This document shows, piece after piece, positions 44,129 through 57,403 of a DNA stretch of 64,000 nt (positions within the stretch are counted from its first letter, which is position 1; each line of letters opens with the position of its first letter). The translations under genes and the position numbers were made by a program. The notes below the pieces were generated by a model. It made no database searches and was not told the DNA's origin. It was given only the letters and a program-made list of their open reading frames with translations. The DNA is from Eledone cirrhosa (lineage: Eukaryota): contig OZ024746.1 in the NCBI GenBank assembly GCA_964016885.1, forward strand, positions 5,518,001-5,582,000, in the 5' to 3' direction.

Positions 44129-44235
44129 AATAATTGTTTCTACTTTAGGCACAAGGCCAGCAATTACCCAGTGCATTACTGGTATTAGCAAATATATCGG
44201 AAATAAAATCATTTTCTATTCGGGTATGAAAGACA
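44129..44235 (-). mobile_element. SINE (second family) 3' fragment
   Basis: TTGTTTCTACTTTAGGCACAAGGCCAGCAATTACCCAGTGCATTACTGGTA. Confidence 0.75.
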
Positions 44236-44294
44236 AAAATATATTTAGATCTATCGATTCGAGGGGAATTCCAAAAGATGAAGAATGAAATGAC

Positions 44295-44337
<43 letters not shown>

Positions 44338-44344
44338 CAATAAG

Positions 44345-44530
44345 TCGCGACGTCACTGTTGCCAAGCTGTATCAACCATTACCTTTCCCTTGGACAATAT
44401 CGGAGTTATGGGGAGGGGAAACTGGTACAGATGGGTGACTGCTGGTCCTCCACAAACCCACCTCGTGGTACCGAGGGGAATATCCTAGGTACAAAACTAT
44501 GGTCTTTCGCGACTGAATGGGGCCTACGAT
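44345..44530 (+). mobile_element. Probable 3' body of a SINE
   Basis: GC-rich island after (TAC)n, resembling a recalled cephalopod SINE 3' region. No second copy in the window. Confidence 0.4.
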
Positions 44531-44611
44531 GATATAATTACAATTACATTCAATTGTATAGACGCAGTGAAATTATTTATAAGTAAATGTATATTATTTC
44601 ACTAACAAGCG

Positions 44612-44673
<62 letters not shown>

Positions 44674-45103
44674 TATATATCTATATCTGTTTATCTTTAT
44701 GAATATGTTTGTAGGTATATATATATATGAGTGTGTACGTGTGCATGTGTATGTATATAGGCATATATAAGATTGATATATCTCAGTCAATCTATATGTC
44801 TCTCTCTTTCTCACACAGTCTATATTTATATGTGTTTATATATGCATAAACAACTGTTCAATTGTGCATGTAATTATATAATCTACAAAGACTCTGAACG
44901 ATAGTCTTTATGTACAATATGGATTAGGTTTAGTGTACTTTTGTGTATTTTTGTCAGAGTTCAAATAAAGCATCTTTAAAATTTACTATTTTGATGAATT
45001 TAATATATCATGTTTGGCACGTAAGCGTTGGCATCGGTGGCTGTATAGCGTAGAATCTCCATAAATGTAATCTCTCTACCACACATCCACACATGTGTGT
45101 TCG

Positions 45104-45134
<31 letters not shown>

Positions 45135-45218
45135 AAGTGTGTGTGTGTTTGTGTGTGTGTGTTTTGTGTGTGTGTGTGTGCCTAAGAAAATATATACAAA
45201 AATATATGTCTACAATTG

Positions 45219-45254
<36 letters not shown>

Positions 45255-45932
45255 TAGAGCGGATGAGAAGGAGGTGAAAAGGAACATGGAGAAGCAGAAG
45301 ATTGCTAAATGCAATTCAAAAATAGGTGAAATCTAACCAAATCATCACGAGATATTTCTATTTCCAGCTCCCTTCTACCACACTCTTAAGTCGCCATTTT
45401 ATCACAAGGATCAAAAGAGCTCAGAGGTTAATAGTATCATGGTATTGACTTTATTCCCAGTAGTGCATTGCCTACCGCCTTCATTGTGGTATTTTCTGGC
45501 AAAATAGAAAACTGGCTCTTAATACCAAAACCAAGTTGCCGGATTAATTTGCACGGATTTACATTTAGAACTAAATTAAATAAATACTTGAATTAAATGT
45601 TTTCTTGTATATTTAAAATTAATTATTTATACATATATCAATTTGTAAAAGCTTGATGTTTCACGTTTAAGATATAAGACATCTTCCTATCCTTTCACTA
45701 TTACTGCACTTCGTTCTCACCCACGATTCTTTACACTCACAGATCGGGTAAACTTTGTTTCAATTATATATGTGTTGCACGCAGAAAATCTATTATAAAT
45801 TTCCCCCCATGTTGTTAGAATAGAAACAAAAGTTTATATAAGAAGGACTGCACCGTATCACTAAGTATGTTGTTCAGTTTGAGACGCAAACTACATAATA
45901 TTAGGTTTTTTATTAAATTCATATATATATAT

Positions 45933-46121
45933 ATATTTAATATAGAAGGGCTTCTACAGGACTAGAAGTGTTTCATTCGGGAGAAATCATCAGGAAGCCT
46001 GATGATTTCTCCCGAATGAAACAGTTCTAGTCCTGTAGAAGCCTTTCTATATTAAATATTTATACAATGTTTTGTATTGAGTACCTTACTTCCTGTGGTT
46101 ACCCCTGATTGAACCCGGGAT
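45933..46121. mobile_element. Repeat family A, copy 3: head-to-head inverted HHR pair
   Basis: Near-perfect inverted repeat 45933-46059 centred on 45995-45997. The minus HHR (45949-45999) has stem I GGCUUC/GAAGCC. The plus HHR spans 45999-46043. Confidence 0.88.
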
Positions 46122-46126
46122 AAACT

Positions 46127-46176
<50 letters not shown>

Positions 46177-47163
46177 GACATTACAAATTGCTCTCAGTTT
46201 GTTTAGAATAACATTACAACTATAATGTCCTTGATAAACACAAATATAAACACATAACAAATAGGATTAAGCATTACCGGGAACATTCTGGAATGCCAGT
46301 GACCTATTTATGTAAGATTTGCTCATCATGTTTTGTACGTTATTGAAACTGTAGATAAACACAATGATATCAATTATACCTTTATTCACATTATTCTTAA
46401 AGTCCAGTTATTCTAATTACAATATTAGTCTAACGTCTCCATTTATACCATAAACGTGTTTTTTTCTTTGCAAGAAATCTTTCTCATCGCTCCACATAAC
46501 GGCGTAATTATTATAAGAACATATCGTAAAAGAGTAAATAATACATTTAAAAATATTAATATATATCATCTATAACATTTTTGTTGTTGTTGTTGGGGCT
46601 TGTTTCTGCTTATGTTCTCAGACAAGGTGTACGTTCACGCAAGGGAGATTTTTTCTCATATTGTTATTAAAAAAAAAAAAAAATATTAATTACTGAGAAT
46701 ATAAATCTCATCAATTAATTAAAGGGAATTAACAGTACAATACATTAATATATCGCAAGTTAAAAGTTTTCTATTATTTATTTTGTAGTTATCGAAACTC
46801 GGGAAATTGTTGTAATGTTTTTAATAGAAACAGGTTAATATGAACTTGAGCTGCTTGAGGTTATATGTGCTCATAAGTGAAACCTTTATCTCACCGTCAC
46901 TGGAATCACTCCATTTCATCAATTAATCTTGGCTTGCATTTATTCATTAATAGGTCCCACCTAAAGGTTCTATGAGGTATATATAGTTTTTACAAAATGC
47001 TTGAAATTCACTTGGTTGAAAAATACCTAGAAATTACTAGTTTTTATAGCAGTATAGCGTAGGCCATTTCGATTATTACGCAGAAAGGCTTTACCATAAT
47101 CACTAGACTTTCTTTAAGAATTACAATATTTATTTCCGCCAAAACAATCATGAATATAAAGTA

Positions 47164-47313
47164 AATAATTGTTTCTACTTATGGCATAAGGCCAGCAACT
47201 ATCAGTGCATTACTGGTACTTTACTTTATCGACCCCGTAAGGATGAAAGGCAAAGTTAACCTCGACAGGATTTGAACACAGACCGTAAAGGGACATACCA
47301 CGAATTCACCGCC
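47164..47313 (-). mobile_element. SINE (second family), internally deleted copy
   Basis: Reverse-complement match to 19864-20085. Confidence 0.85.
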
Positions 47314-47487
47314 ATATAAAGTAACTAATATGACTGTACTTGTTTGATATACAATCTGATCATTTTCCTAGGAATCTATTTTACAATGGGAATTTAACCG
47401 ACTTAATTTTCGTTCATATGTTGAATTGTAGAAGCAAAAATAAAATATATAAATTTCAATTTTTGAATATCACAAATGATATTCATC

Positions 47488-47675
47488 ATGGTTTCTTATT
47501 TAGGCACAAGGCCAACACATTTTAGGGAGGGGAGAGTCGATTTATTTTATCGACCCCGTAGGGATGAAAGGCAAAGCTAACCTCTGGGGATTTGAACTCA
47601 GAGCCTAAAGCACTGTAACTCCATGCCGCAAAGCATGGTGTCCGGCGCTCTACCGATTCTGTCAATCCACCAACC
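47488..47675 (-). mobile_element. SINE (second family), near full length
   Basis: Reverse-complement match to 19864-20085, including A and B boxes. Confidence 0.88.
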
Positions 47676-48809
47676 TCCACTCATAATACTAATGTTATGC
47701 GCAGATAGCGTCTAAATGCACCAACAGTTATTCGAACGATTTATATTGTGAGGTAACTCTGGACATTTATAGATGCTTTAAACTAAAATATTTCCTACAA
47801 TTACCATCTATTGTAAACAGCTGTCAGTTGAAATATACAATTACTGACAACATTTCCTCTACATTTCAGAACACTTCAAATTAATCAACATCTCTAAAAC
47901 AAATAAAGTTTTAATAAGAAATTCAAAATATTGTTTTGATTGAGAGCAGAATTCAATATAGATAAAACACTAAATTCGTATATTGATTGTGCGTTGTTAA
48001 AGTGGAACTCTTCTATATGTTACGATTTAATACAAGCATTAGTAGATGAGGTAAAACAGTCATGTCTAACACAAGACATTCTAAATGGATATGAATAGTG
48101 AACGTAATTTAAAATTCCTCTGGGGAATTGACCATTTCTTCCTCATTCTGTTCACACGTCATATATTCTGACAACAATTTACTTTTATAACCACCTATAA
48201 TAAAGTTGCAATATATTCAGCTGTTGGTTATTTTAACGACTCCACTTTTTTACACAACCACATCACCAATACTGACATGAAAATATAATGAAATACCCTC
48301 TCTCTCTTCACCTTCGCCTCTCTACAGTTTTACTCTCTCCTATGTAATTTTAAATATTTTTACATAATACCTTTCATTTCAGTTTTCATTTGTATCACGA
48401 TATTCAAATGTGTCGCGACCAAAGACACTATCGTGAAATAACTACATACTATAGTTAGATATCTGTAGCATGTAGAGACACTTTTGTGTGAATCAGTGAC
48501 ATTATATAACTTATGTGTATTTCATAACCATATATAACACTGCTCAGTTTTACATTTAATAGGTTTGTTTATCTCACACAAGACATATTTCTTCAGTGAA
48601 TTATCATAATATTATAATAATATCAATATTTACATCGTAACTAACATTTATCTATTTTCAATACAACAATACTTCTGTTACACTTAAGTATTACATATTC
48701 AATGACGGCAGAAATTCAGAAATATAACAGTTAATGGCAAAACAAGAAATATGTTAAGTAATGTATGTAATATATATATATATATATATATAATATATAT
48801 ATATATATA

Positions 48810-49528
48810 TACAATATTAAATAAATGGAAACTATATTTATAAAACCATATTTATTTCATTATATATATTTCAGGGATATCATATTAACAATATGCTATG
48901 CCTTCCTCAGACAAAATACAATATAAACAGTTTTATAGATAAATAGATTCGACATACCGTAACAACATCGACTTGCATTTGAAAAGGTTGATTTGGTAGT
49001 GAAAAAATTGTACACAGAGAGAAAGAAAGAGAGAAAAAAGGAAAGAAAGACAGAAAACGAAGAAAAAGAAGAAAGAAGAAATGCATGGAACAAAATAGAG
49101 AGATGGAAAGATAGATAAAGAGAAGAACTTCATGTAAAGAAACAGAAAGAGATATATATATATAGAGAGAGAGGAAATAGAGATAGATACATATATATAG
49201 AAAACTAGGTAGTGGGACTTCTGTTGAATAACGTATCAATGATACATTTATTTATTTATTTATTTATTTATTTAGCTCTAGTATTAATGTAAGGGAGATA
49301 TATGGAGAGAAACCAGCTGTTATATATATAGAGAAAAAAATATATATAGAGAAAAAATATAGAGAGAGAAAAAAAATTTAAAAATAACCAGACACAGGCG
49401 AGGCGTAAAAACCTCTGTTTTAATGTAGAGGTATTAGTATTTACAAAACCAGCCACTACATTGTAAATATCAGTATTCCTGAATGAGACATGTATCCACA
49501 ATGTGTGAAAATTAATGATCCTATGTTT

Positions 49529-49560
<32 letters not shown>

Positions 49561-51308
49561 TTCATATGTTTATGTGATAATTACAAACATCTATGTGAAT
49601 CTTCATGATCAACTCTGCAAACCCTATGTTCACGGAAAACATTCTCAATGTGGTATAAAAATTTAAGTATACATATATGTGTATATATATACACACAAAT
49701 ATATATAGAGTCAATATTACTATTTCTGTCTCTACTCTACAAGATTATCTATCAAGCAAAAATAGAGCAGATTTCAATATACTAATAAAAATAAAAATAT
49801 ATCAGAAACAAAACTAAAAATAACAATAATAATAATAAGTAATAATAAAATAGAAAACTAAAAAATATTACGAAAGAATATTACATATTAAAAATATTAC
49901 ATATTAAAAAATTTACATATTAAAAAATTTACATATTAAAAATATTAAAAATAAAAATATTAGGAAATACTACAATAATAAAAATAAAATAAACCACAAA
50001 GATCAACCCTTCAAAATTAATTGACAATATATTGCCAAGTTCATTATAAACATCAGAGTCGAAAAACAGATAAAGCCAAAAATTATCTATCAAATCGCAT
50101 CTAGCAAAGATCATTTCAAAAAGTTTAGGATGCCCAATTTGGTCTACATGTGTTCTTATATTTAATATAGAAGTTTATCTAGTGTAACGTTTATTCGAAA
50201 TATTTGGAGCATCAACTTTTAGGGTAGCTTAATTTTTCATGAAGAATGTTTAAATAAAAATAAAAATAAAAATAAAAATAAAATAAAAATAAAAAGAATA
50301 AAAAGAGAATCAAAGATTTATCGGCTAGTTTCCCATATAATTATAAATCAAACTAAATATACTACATTTTAAATTTAAATTTATATTTAAACGTTGAGTT
50401 TAATCTATGTTTGCAACAACTGAATAAATTTGTCCGTAGATTAAGGGAATTTTTAGATTTTAGTATAAAGAATATCTCCTCTGCGCAGAGGTCACATGTC
50501 TCAGAGGATGAATTAAAAGGAATCCCTCACACATTGTGGATACATGTCTCATTCAGGAATACTGATATTTACAATGTAGTGGCTGGTTTTGTAAATACTA
50601 ATACCTCTACATTAAAACAGAGGTTTTTACGCCTCGCCTGTGTCTGGTTATTTTTAAATTTTTTTTCTCTCTGTATATTTTTTTCTCTCTCTATATTTTT
50701 TTCTCTCTATATATAACAGCTGGTTTCTCTCCATATATCTCCCTTACATTAATACTAGAGCTAAATAAATAAATAAATAAATAAATGTATCATTGATACG
50801 TTATTCAACAGAAGTCCCACTACCTAGTTTTCTATATATATGTATCTATCTCTATTTCCTCTCTCTCTCTATATATATATATCTCTTTCTGTTTCTTTAC
50901 ATGAAGTTCTTCTCTTTATCTATCTTTCCATCTCTCTATTTTGTTCCATGCATTTCTTCTTTCTTCTTTTTCTTCGTTTTCTGTCTTTCTTTCCTTTTTT
51001 CTCTCTTTCTTTCTCTCTGTGTACAATTTTTTCACTACCAAATCAACCTTTTCAAATGCAAGTCGATGTTGTTACGGTATGTCGAATCTATTTATCTATA
51101 AAACTGTTTATATTGTATTTTGTCTGAGGAAGGCATAGCATATTGTTAATATGATATCCCTGAAATATATATAATGAAATAAATATGGTTTTATAAATAT
51201 AGTTTCCATTTATTTAATATTGTAAATATACTCCAAATATTTGTCGAGTGCTTTTATATCAGTTATAAATATTTACTAGTTGTAACCCAACAATTTAAAT
51301 ATAACTTT

Positions 51309-51310
<2 letters not shown>
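48810..51310. mobile_element. Young PLE insertion: ~700-bp inverted terminal repeats (48810-49508 / 50527-51224), each with an HHR, flanking a GIY-YIG C-terminal remnant
   Basis: Arms are near-identical reverse complements. Minus 50527-50390 translates GIPFNSSSETCDLCAEEIFFILKSKNSLNLRTNLFSCCKHR, matching the PLE EN C-terminal P(F/Y)N....C.LC..E...I.....LN.R....S.C.H motif. HHRs are at 48853-48918 (-) and 51116-51181 (+). Confidence 0.88.
51116..51181 (+). ncRNA. Type I hammerhead motif in the PLE terminal repeat (mirror copy 48853-48918, -)
   Basis: UAUUUUGU-CUGAGGA-AGG...CAUAUU GUU AAUAUG...CCU-GAA-AUAUAUAU-A-AUGAAAUA: 8-bp stem I with two G-U pairs. Confidence 0.72.
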
Positions 51311-51349
<39 letters not shown>

Positions 51350-51384
51350 TGTGAGAAAAACCACAGACCCTCCATCTCAACTCT

Positions 51385-51422
51385 ACTTTTGAAAAGCAGA
51401 AGAACTGCGAAACCGGTAAAGT
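51385..51422 (+). ncRNA. Minimal HHR-like motif with UUGAAAA core (family F, copy 2)
   Basis: ACUU-UUGAAAA-GCAG AAGAA CUGC-GAA-ACCGGU-A-AAGU. Confidence 0.65.
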
Positions 51423-51425
51423 TTT

Positions 51426-51511
<86 letters not shown>

Positions 51512-51890
51512 ATGTATATAACTTTGATAATTGTGATAGGTTCCTGCCATGTCTAACTTAATAGCACCACCAACGATATTATTTCTAGCAAAGTAATGTT
51601 TTTGTCTTTGATTCAAAACGATCACTTCCCTTAACATCAGATCTTCTCCTACAATGTTTGTGTGATTTAACGTATTGTGAAATTGCTTATATTTGTATGA
51701 TGACGCTTACCTTAAATGGTATTGTGTCAATGTATCTGGCTTGATGGGCTCCATGTTATAAGTAAATAATATACTTGTATATATATATTTGTGTATGTAT
51801 ATGTATGTATGTTTGTGTGTGTTGAGTGTGTGTGTGTGTGTGTATGTGTATATGTGTGTGTGCGTGAGAGAGAGAGATAGAGATAGAGAA

Positions 51891-51928
<38 letters not shown>

Positions 51929-51938
51929 TGAGAGAGAA

Positions 51939-52002
<64 letters not shown>

Positions 52003-52186
52003 TGTGTGTGTCTGCCTGGGGGTTTGTTTAAACAAATGTATTAAATATTTTCATGGACATATATATATTTTAGATCTGCAATCCTTCCAAGCATGAATCT
52101 AATATGAGTCTGTATTTTTGCATTCCTCCGTTTGTTTTATTTCATTTATCAACTGTATATATAATTTGAACTCTCTCTTTCTCTAC

Positions 52187-52260
<74 letters not shown>

Positions 52261-52269
52261 ATATATATA

Positions 52270-53158
52270 TGGCGACCAGTGGAAACTCCACTTCGACATT
52301 CTATAGAGGGTTGGTCCGCAGCAAGTGCGACGACACGCTCGGAGAAACTCTAGGCGTAGAGGAGGACGAACTGGCCAGTCTGTTCGGTAGGACCTTCTGC
52401 CCGGGACCAATGGACAACTTCCAAATGTCGCTGGCCTGGCAGTGCTACCAGTTCGAGACAAGCTCTACAGACACGGGCACCCGGGTAGGGACCCTTCGAA
52501 AAAGATCTGTCCGAGATGCGTGCGCGACGCGGAAACCACCGCACACGCATTTGTACACTGCCCGGGCGTTACCGACCTGTGGGGCTATGTAGAACGACTA
52601 TTGTCGCGGGTGGACCAATCCAGTTGACTACCGAGTCCATTGTCATGATCAAACCGCCATCCTCCTTCAAAAACAAGGGAGAGGGTGTTTTCCTATGTGT
52701 TATGGCTATGGTGAAAGAGGTTATATGGTGGACGAGGTTAAAAGGGCTGAGGTCAGACACCTTTCTCTCTGGCGAGCAACTGATTCGTTTTTTCAAATAT
52801 CATTTTGGAAGAAGAATCAGGATGGAGAGAGAGGTGCTATACCCCAGCAAATTTTATAAAAGGTGGGTGAATGTGGCAAACATGGCCCGAGTGATTAGGC
52901 CTTCTCTCTATATAAGCCTGTAGGTTGAGGAAATAGAAGAAGAGAGGAAGGGAGTACTCACTTTTGGTGCTCCTGGAGATGAGGGTTGTACATTTTTTCG
53001 GGGTGTGTACAACCCCTGTGTAAACCCCCCCCCCCGATTGGGGATTTCAATTGTTATTTGTGATTGTATTAATAGTTTTATTTTCATATACCTGTATGTA
53101 AACTCCCCATTTGTATTTGTCCTCTTCTTTTGTGCCCTTGTGGCTAATAGAGAAATTT
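52270..53158 (+). mobile_element. 5'-truncated Tx1/L1-clade LINE 3' end (zf-RVT zinc-finger region), copy 1
   Basis: Frameshifted SLAWQCY / LPVRDKLYRHG...CPRC...ETTAHAFVHCP...LW.YVE.LL / VIWWTR matches the L1/Tx1 C-terminal CCHC domain. Ends GCCCTTGTGGCTAATAGAGAAAT plus TATC units. Confidence 0.88.
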
Positions 53159-53173
53159 ATCTATATATCTATC

Positions 53174-53678
53174 GATCAAGCCGCCCCCCCCTTCAAAAAT
53201 GAAGGAGAGGCGGTCTTCCTTTGTGTAATAGCCATGGTGAAAGAGGTGGTATGGTGGACACGTTTGAAAGGGCTGAGGTCGGACACCTTTCTCTCCGGCC
53301 AACAACTGGTCCTTTTCTTTAAATACCATTTTAAGAGAAGGATCAGAATGGAGAGAGAGAGGTGCTCTACCCCAGCAAGTTTTATGAAAGGTGGGTGAAA
53401 GTAGCGAGAATGGCCCGTGTGAATGGGCCTTCTCTCTTTATCAGCCTGTAGGTGGAAAGGTGGAAGTGCAAAGGAGCACCCCCTCTCTGTGCTTCTAAGG
53501 AAAAGGGTTGCACACTTTTTCGGGGGGAGGGGGGGTAACCGCCAAAACGCCTCATCCCTATTGAGGACTGTATTGTTAATTTTATATTTGTTATTTGTTT
53601 TTTACTCGTTCCTTTATGTAAACTCCCCCCTTGTATTTGTCCCCTTCTTTTCTGCCCTAGTGGCAAATAAATAGAAAT

Positions 53679-53680
<2 letters not shown>
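53174..53680 (+). mobile_element. Tx1/L1-clade LINE 3' end, copy 2
   Basis: Diverged direct repeat of 52648-53158, followed by (TATC)n. Confidence 0.88.
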
Positions 53681-53744
<64 letters not shown>

Positions 53745-53746
53745 CT

Positions 53747-54101
53747 CTTTGGAAGGAGAATCAGTGTGGAGAGAGAGGTACTGCACCCCAGTAATTTTAC
53801 TGAAAGGTGGGTGAATGTGGCAAAAATGGCCCAAGTGATTGGGCCTTCTCTGTATATAAACCTGCAGGTTGAAGAAGAGAGCAAAAGGAAGAAAGGAGCA
53901 CTTGCACATCATGCTCCTGTAGTTAAGGGTTGTTCTATCTACGGGGTATAAAACAACCCATTTGTAAGGCCTCCCCCCTATTTGGGATTTCGATTGTTGA
54001 ATTTGTATGTTAAATTTTTTACACGATTTTATGTAAAATCCCCGCCATATGTCTTTGTATTGTCCCCTTTTCTTGTGCGCCCTTGTGGCAAATAAAGAAA
54101 T
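53747..54101 (+). mobile_element. Tx1/L1-clade LINE 3' end, copy 3
   Basis: Diverged direct repeat of 52803-53158, followed by TATC units. Confidence 0.85.
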
Positions 54102-55723
54102 ATATCTATCTATCTAGCAATGTATATAATATATAAATAAATAAATATATATATATGAGTGTGTGTGACTATGTATGTGCGAGAATTTATTGTTTGTATA
54201 TAGCCATTATTTCCTCTGCATCACCGCCTCCATTATATATACTTCTGAAATATCTTTACTGCTGCCCTATTCTCTTGTCGCCTCAAACATATCTTTATTC
54301 CTGCGAAGTCCATTGTATGCTATGGAAGTCAACACGTTCAATTAATTCATACTTTTTAGTAATTCTGGAGCCACTAAAATTTGTATTATCCTCGCATGAG
54401 TTTGGTACGGTCGAACTGATATGCATAATTTCCAACAAAAGATGCAAATAAGGACTAGGTTCTTATAACATTGTAGAAAGATATTCAACTAATTACGCAT
54501 AGAATAACAGTACATTTCTATATGATAGGACGAGAAAGTGTTACAAAGATGAGCGGATCAGTTAATATAGCTAAGCAATGAAGAACGTGTCACTATATCA
54601 TAATCTAATTTTCCTTTCGTTTCACAAAACATTTGTCATTGGTGTGAGCCTTACATTTACTTATTCCTGGTACTCAGAAAACATTTTCTATATATTTATA
54701 AACAATTCTAGTATTGGTGTTTCTATTTAGATGAAGTAGAATGTAACTGCATACACGCTTAAATTTGACATACAAATCTGAATTTCTTTGTCTGTTGCTT
54801 TATGAAATACAAAACACTCTGACTTGCTGCTGCTGCTGTTTCTGCTGATACACACAAAGTATCTCTTTTCAGTTGTTATTTATTGATTTCATTCAGTATT
54901 TCTCAACACGTATATTTGCAACATATTTTAGTCATTCATAAATTACAATGTTTTAAAAAGTAGAACATATAAAGCAGTTTAAAACAAAATATTCGTAAAT
55001 AACACAACATACTTAACCTATTTAAATGAGATTATTATATAAGCTATTGTATAATTGTTCGAGTGTTGACTGGATTCTAATTTTAGAAATTTAATCATGA
55101 TTATGTTAAAAGAATTAGTTTCATTGAACATATTCTGGGTAATTATTTATGATAATTCTCTTTTTAATAGAATAAAGATAAGTAAAGAGAAGAAATTAAA
55201 AATTAACTTGCATTTATTTAATTGATAATTAGTTTAATAAATTGCCTTCGACTAAATAGGAAATGTTTTGGTATTTACACTCAATTTCCATAAAATATAT
55301 GAGTTATTAAAAAAACATTGCTTACTTAAACTCACAGTGATATTTGTAAATCTTTGCACGAAATCCTAACCTCTATCTAATTTACTTTGCCTCATCAATT
55401 TACTCATTCGCATATAACATTGAACACATACATGATGAATATCGTATATTTCTTGTGGCATTGAAGTAAGGATGTGGTGGACTAACTCCCTGACGTATAC
55501 TATAGAGGTTTTCTCATTCTCTGTTCTATGTTCTTATTTTACTTGAGTTCAACCTGTGTTCCTCATATAATTGATGAAATGAAATACAATTATACTGAAC
55601 TTCATGTAATAAACTATTTTCTCTTTGGATAATTTACAATAATGTCACGTCGGGACGAGAATGGTAACTTAAATTTGGTTTCGGAAATCAGTTTTAAAAA
55701 TATAGTTTACTGAAACACATATA

Positions 55724-55905
55724 CGAGGGCGTGCTGAAAAGGGGGTAAAAGAAAATACAGGAGGATGAGCTCATTATGATCTTATTCAACATATTCTCTT
55801 CTTAGATTCACAAACTTATTGCAGCGGCCCTACTTCCCCTGTAATCGTAACAGCTCTACCCTTTCACGATTCCCTTAAACCCAGAAACTTTTCAGCACCC
55901 TCTCG
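55724..55905. mobile_element. Non-autonomous Tc1/mariner MITE with TA target-site duplication
   Basis: TA|CGAGGGCGTGCTGAAAAG ... CTTTTCAGCACCCTCTCG|TA. Confidence 0.85.
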
Positions 55906-57052
55906 TATACGTTATCTATTTAAACAAAACCAAATTGAGAACATCTCTATTACTAACGAATAAAAAACAAGCTAGTCTATTCTTGCAGTTGTTATGTCTT
56001 GCTATTAGTTAGAGTAACTGAGCTTTAAGATTATATCTACACAATATTCTTAAAGTACAATATAAATAACGATGACGTACTTTTCAAATACCTGTAATGA
56101 GTTAATCCCTTCCCTGTTTGAATCTTATTTATAATTGAGATATGTCATATTTCTGATTATGACCTGTAATCACGTAGGGATGTTTACGATGCTCATTTAA
56201 ATGAACCAAAGATGAATATCATACTCTGGGATCCTGGACCTGAAAGCAGCCAATAACTCAATATTTAATTAGTTATGAAATGTAATTAAAGATTCGCGTG
56301 CAATCTACAATCTACGAGATTTGGCTTGTGGCTATTTCACTTCATAGGAATTTTGGCATCATGTGCTGTGACGAGAAATTGTATATATTCATTCAGTCTA
56401 ATGATCATCCTTGCTTTCAGAAGATATCTACGCTTGATTCCAAATCGTAAAGTCTCCCATAAATGGACTAAGAAAGTGGTTTGCGACATACTAATGGACA
56501 ATGAATCTAGTTTTAATTGAATTCCCTCAATAAACACGGGAGGGATGAGTTTGTAAACATATAGTTAATTGAGCCCAGTGTTATGATTAATAGTATCCAA
56601 TGCCATCTCCAAATTGTGTCTTGACAAATATTTTGGAAACAGTTGTTTAAATAAAAGTGTGTTATATTGTCAATAAACACGAGGGTCTTTGCGATTATGT
56701 TTTCACTCTTTAAACAACGTTCACATAGATGAGTCTACTCCTGTCAGCTTTGGTTAGTTGAAAAATAACCTCTTCATATAGAAATCGTTACAAAAATTTG
56801 GGGCCAGTATAATTTACATAATTACAAATAAACATGTTCCAATATGATTAATTTAAATACATAATTTAAGGGGTGACTAACGTTCCCAAATTATCTAAAT
56901 TAATTTTATTTGTTTATGATTTGATGAAAGAAAGTAAAGACCTAGCCAGCAGACTCAAATGTCACTAAACTTATTTTATTTCTGAATTTGGCAAAACATA
57001 CGGAACAAAAATTATTCGTAATATTTCTTGTAAAATATATTAACTGACCAAC

Positions 57053-57403
57053 GAACACTAGAGTAGAGTATACTATGTCGGGGAGGTCCAATACTGACTA
57101 AACACTACAGTAGTCTTTCGTATGTCGGGGAGGTCCAATACTGACTAAACACTACAGTAGTCTTTCGTATGTCGGGGAGGTCCCATACTGACTAAACACT
57201 AGAGTAGTCTATGTCGGGAGGTCCAATACTAACTAAACACTAGAGTAGTCTATGTCGGGAGGTCCAATACTAACTAAACACTAGAGTAGTCTATTTCGGG
57301 AGGTCCAATACTAACTAAACACTAGAGTAGTCTATGTCGGGAGGTCCAATACTAACTAAACACTAGAGTAGTCTATGTCGGGAGGTCCAATACTGACTAA
57401 ACA
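57053..57403. repeat. 41-47-bp minisatellite, ~8 units
   Basis: TATGTCGGGAGGTCCAATACTAACTAAACACTAGAGTAGTC units. Confidence 0.95.

Noticed and set aside
48810-51224. DNA transposon (Foldback/Mutator-type) with long TIRs
   Set aside because: The spacer encodes a PLE endonuclease C-terminus, the arms carry HHRs, the ends are asymmetric, and no TSD is evident.
57053-57403. Possible CRISPR array
   Set aside because: Contiguous units without variable spacers; an ordinary minisatellite.
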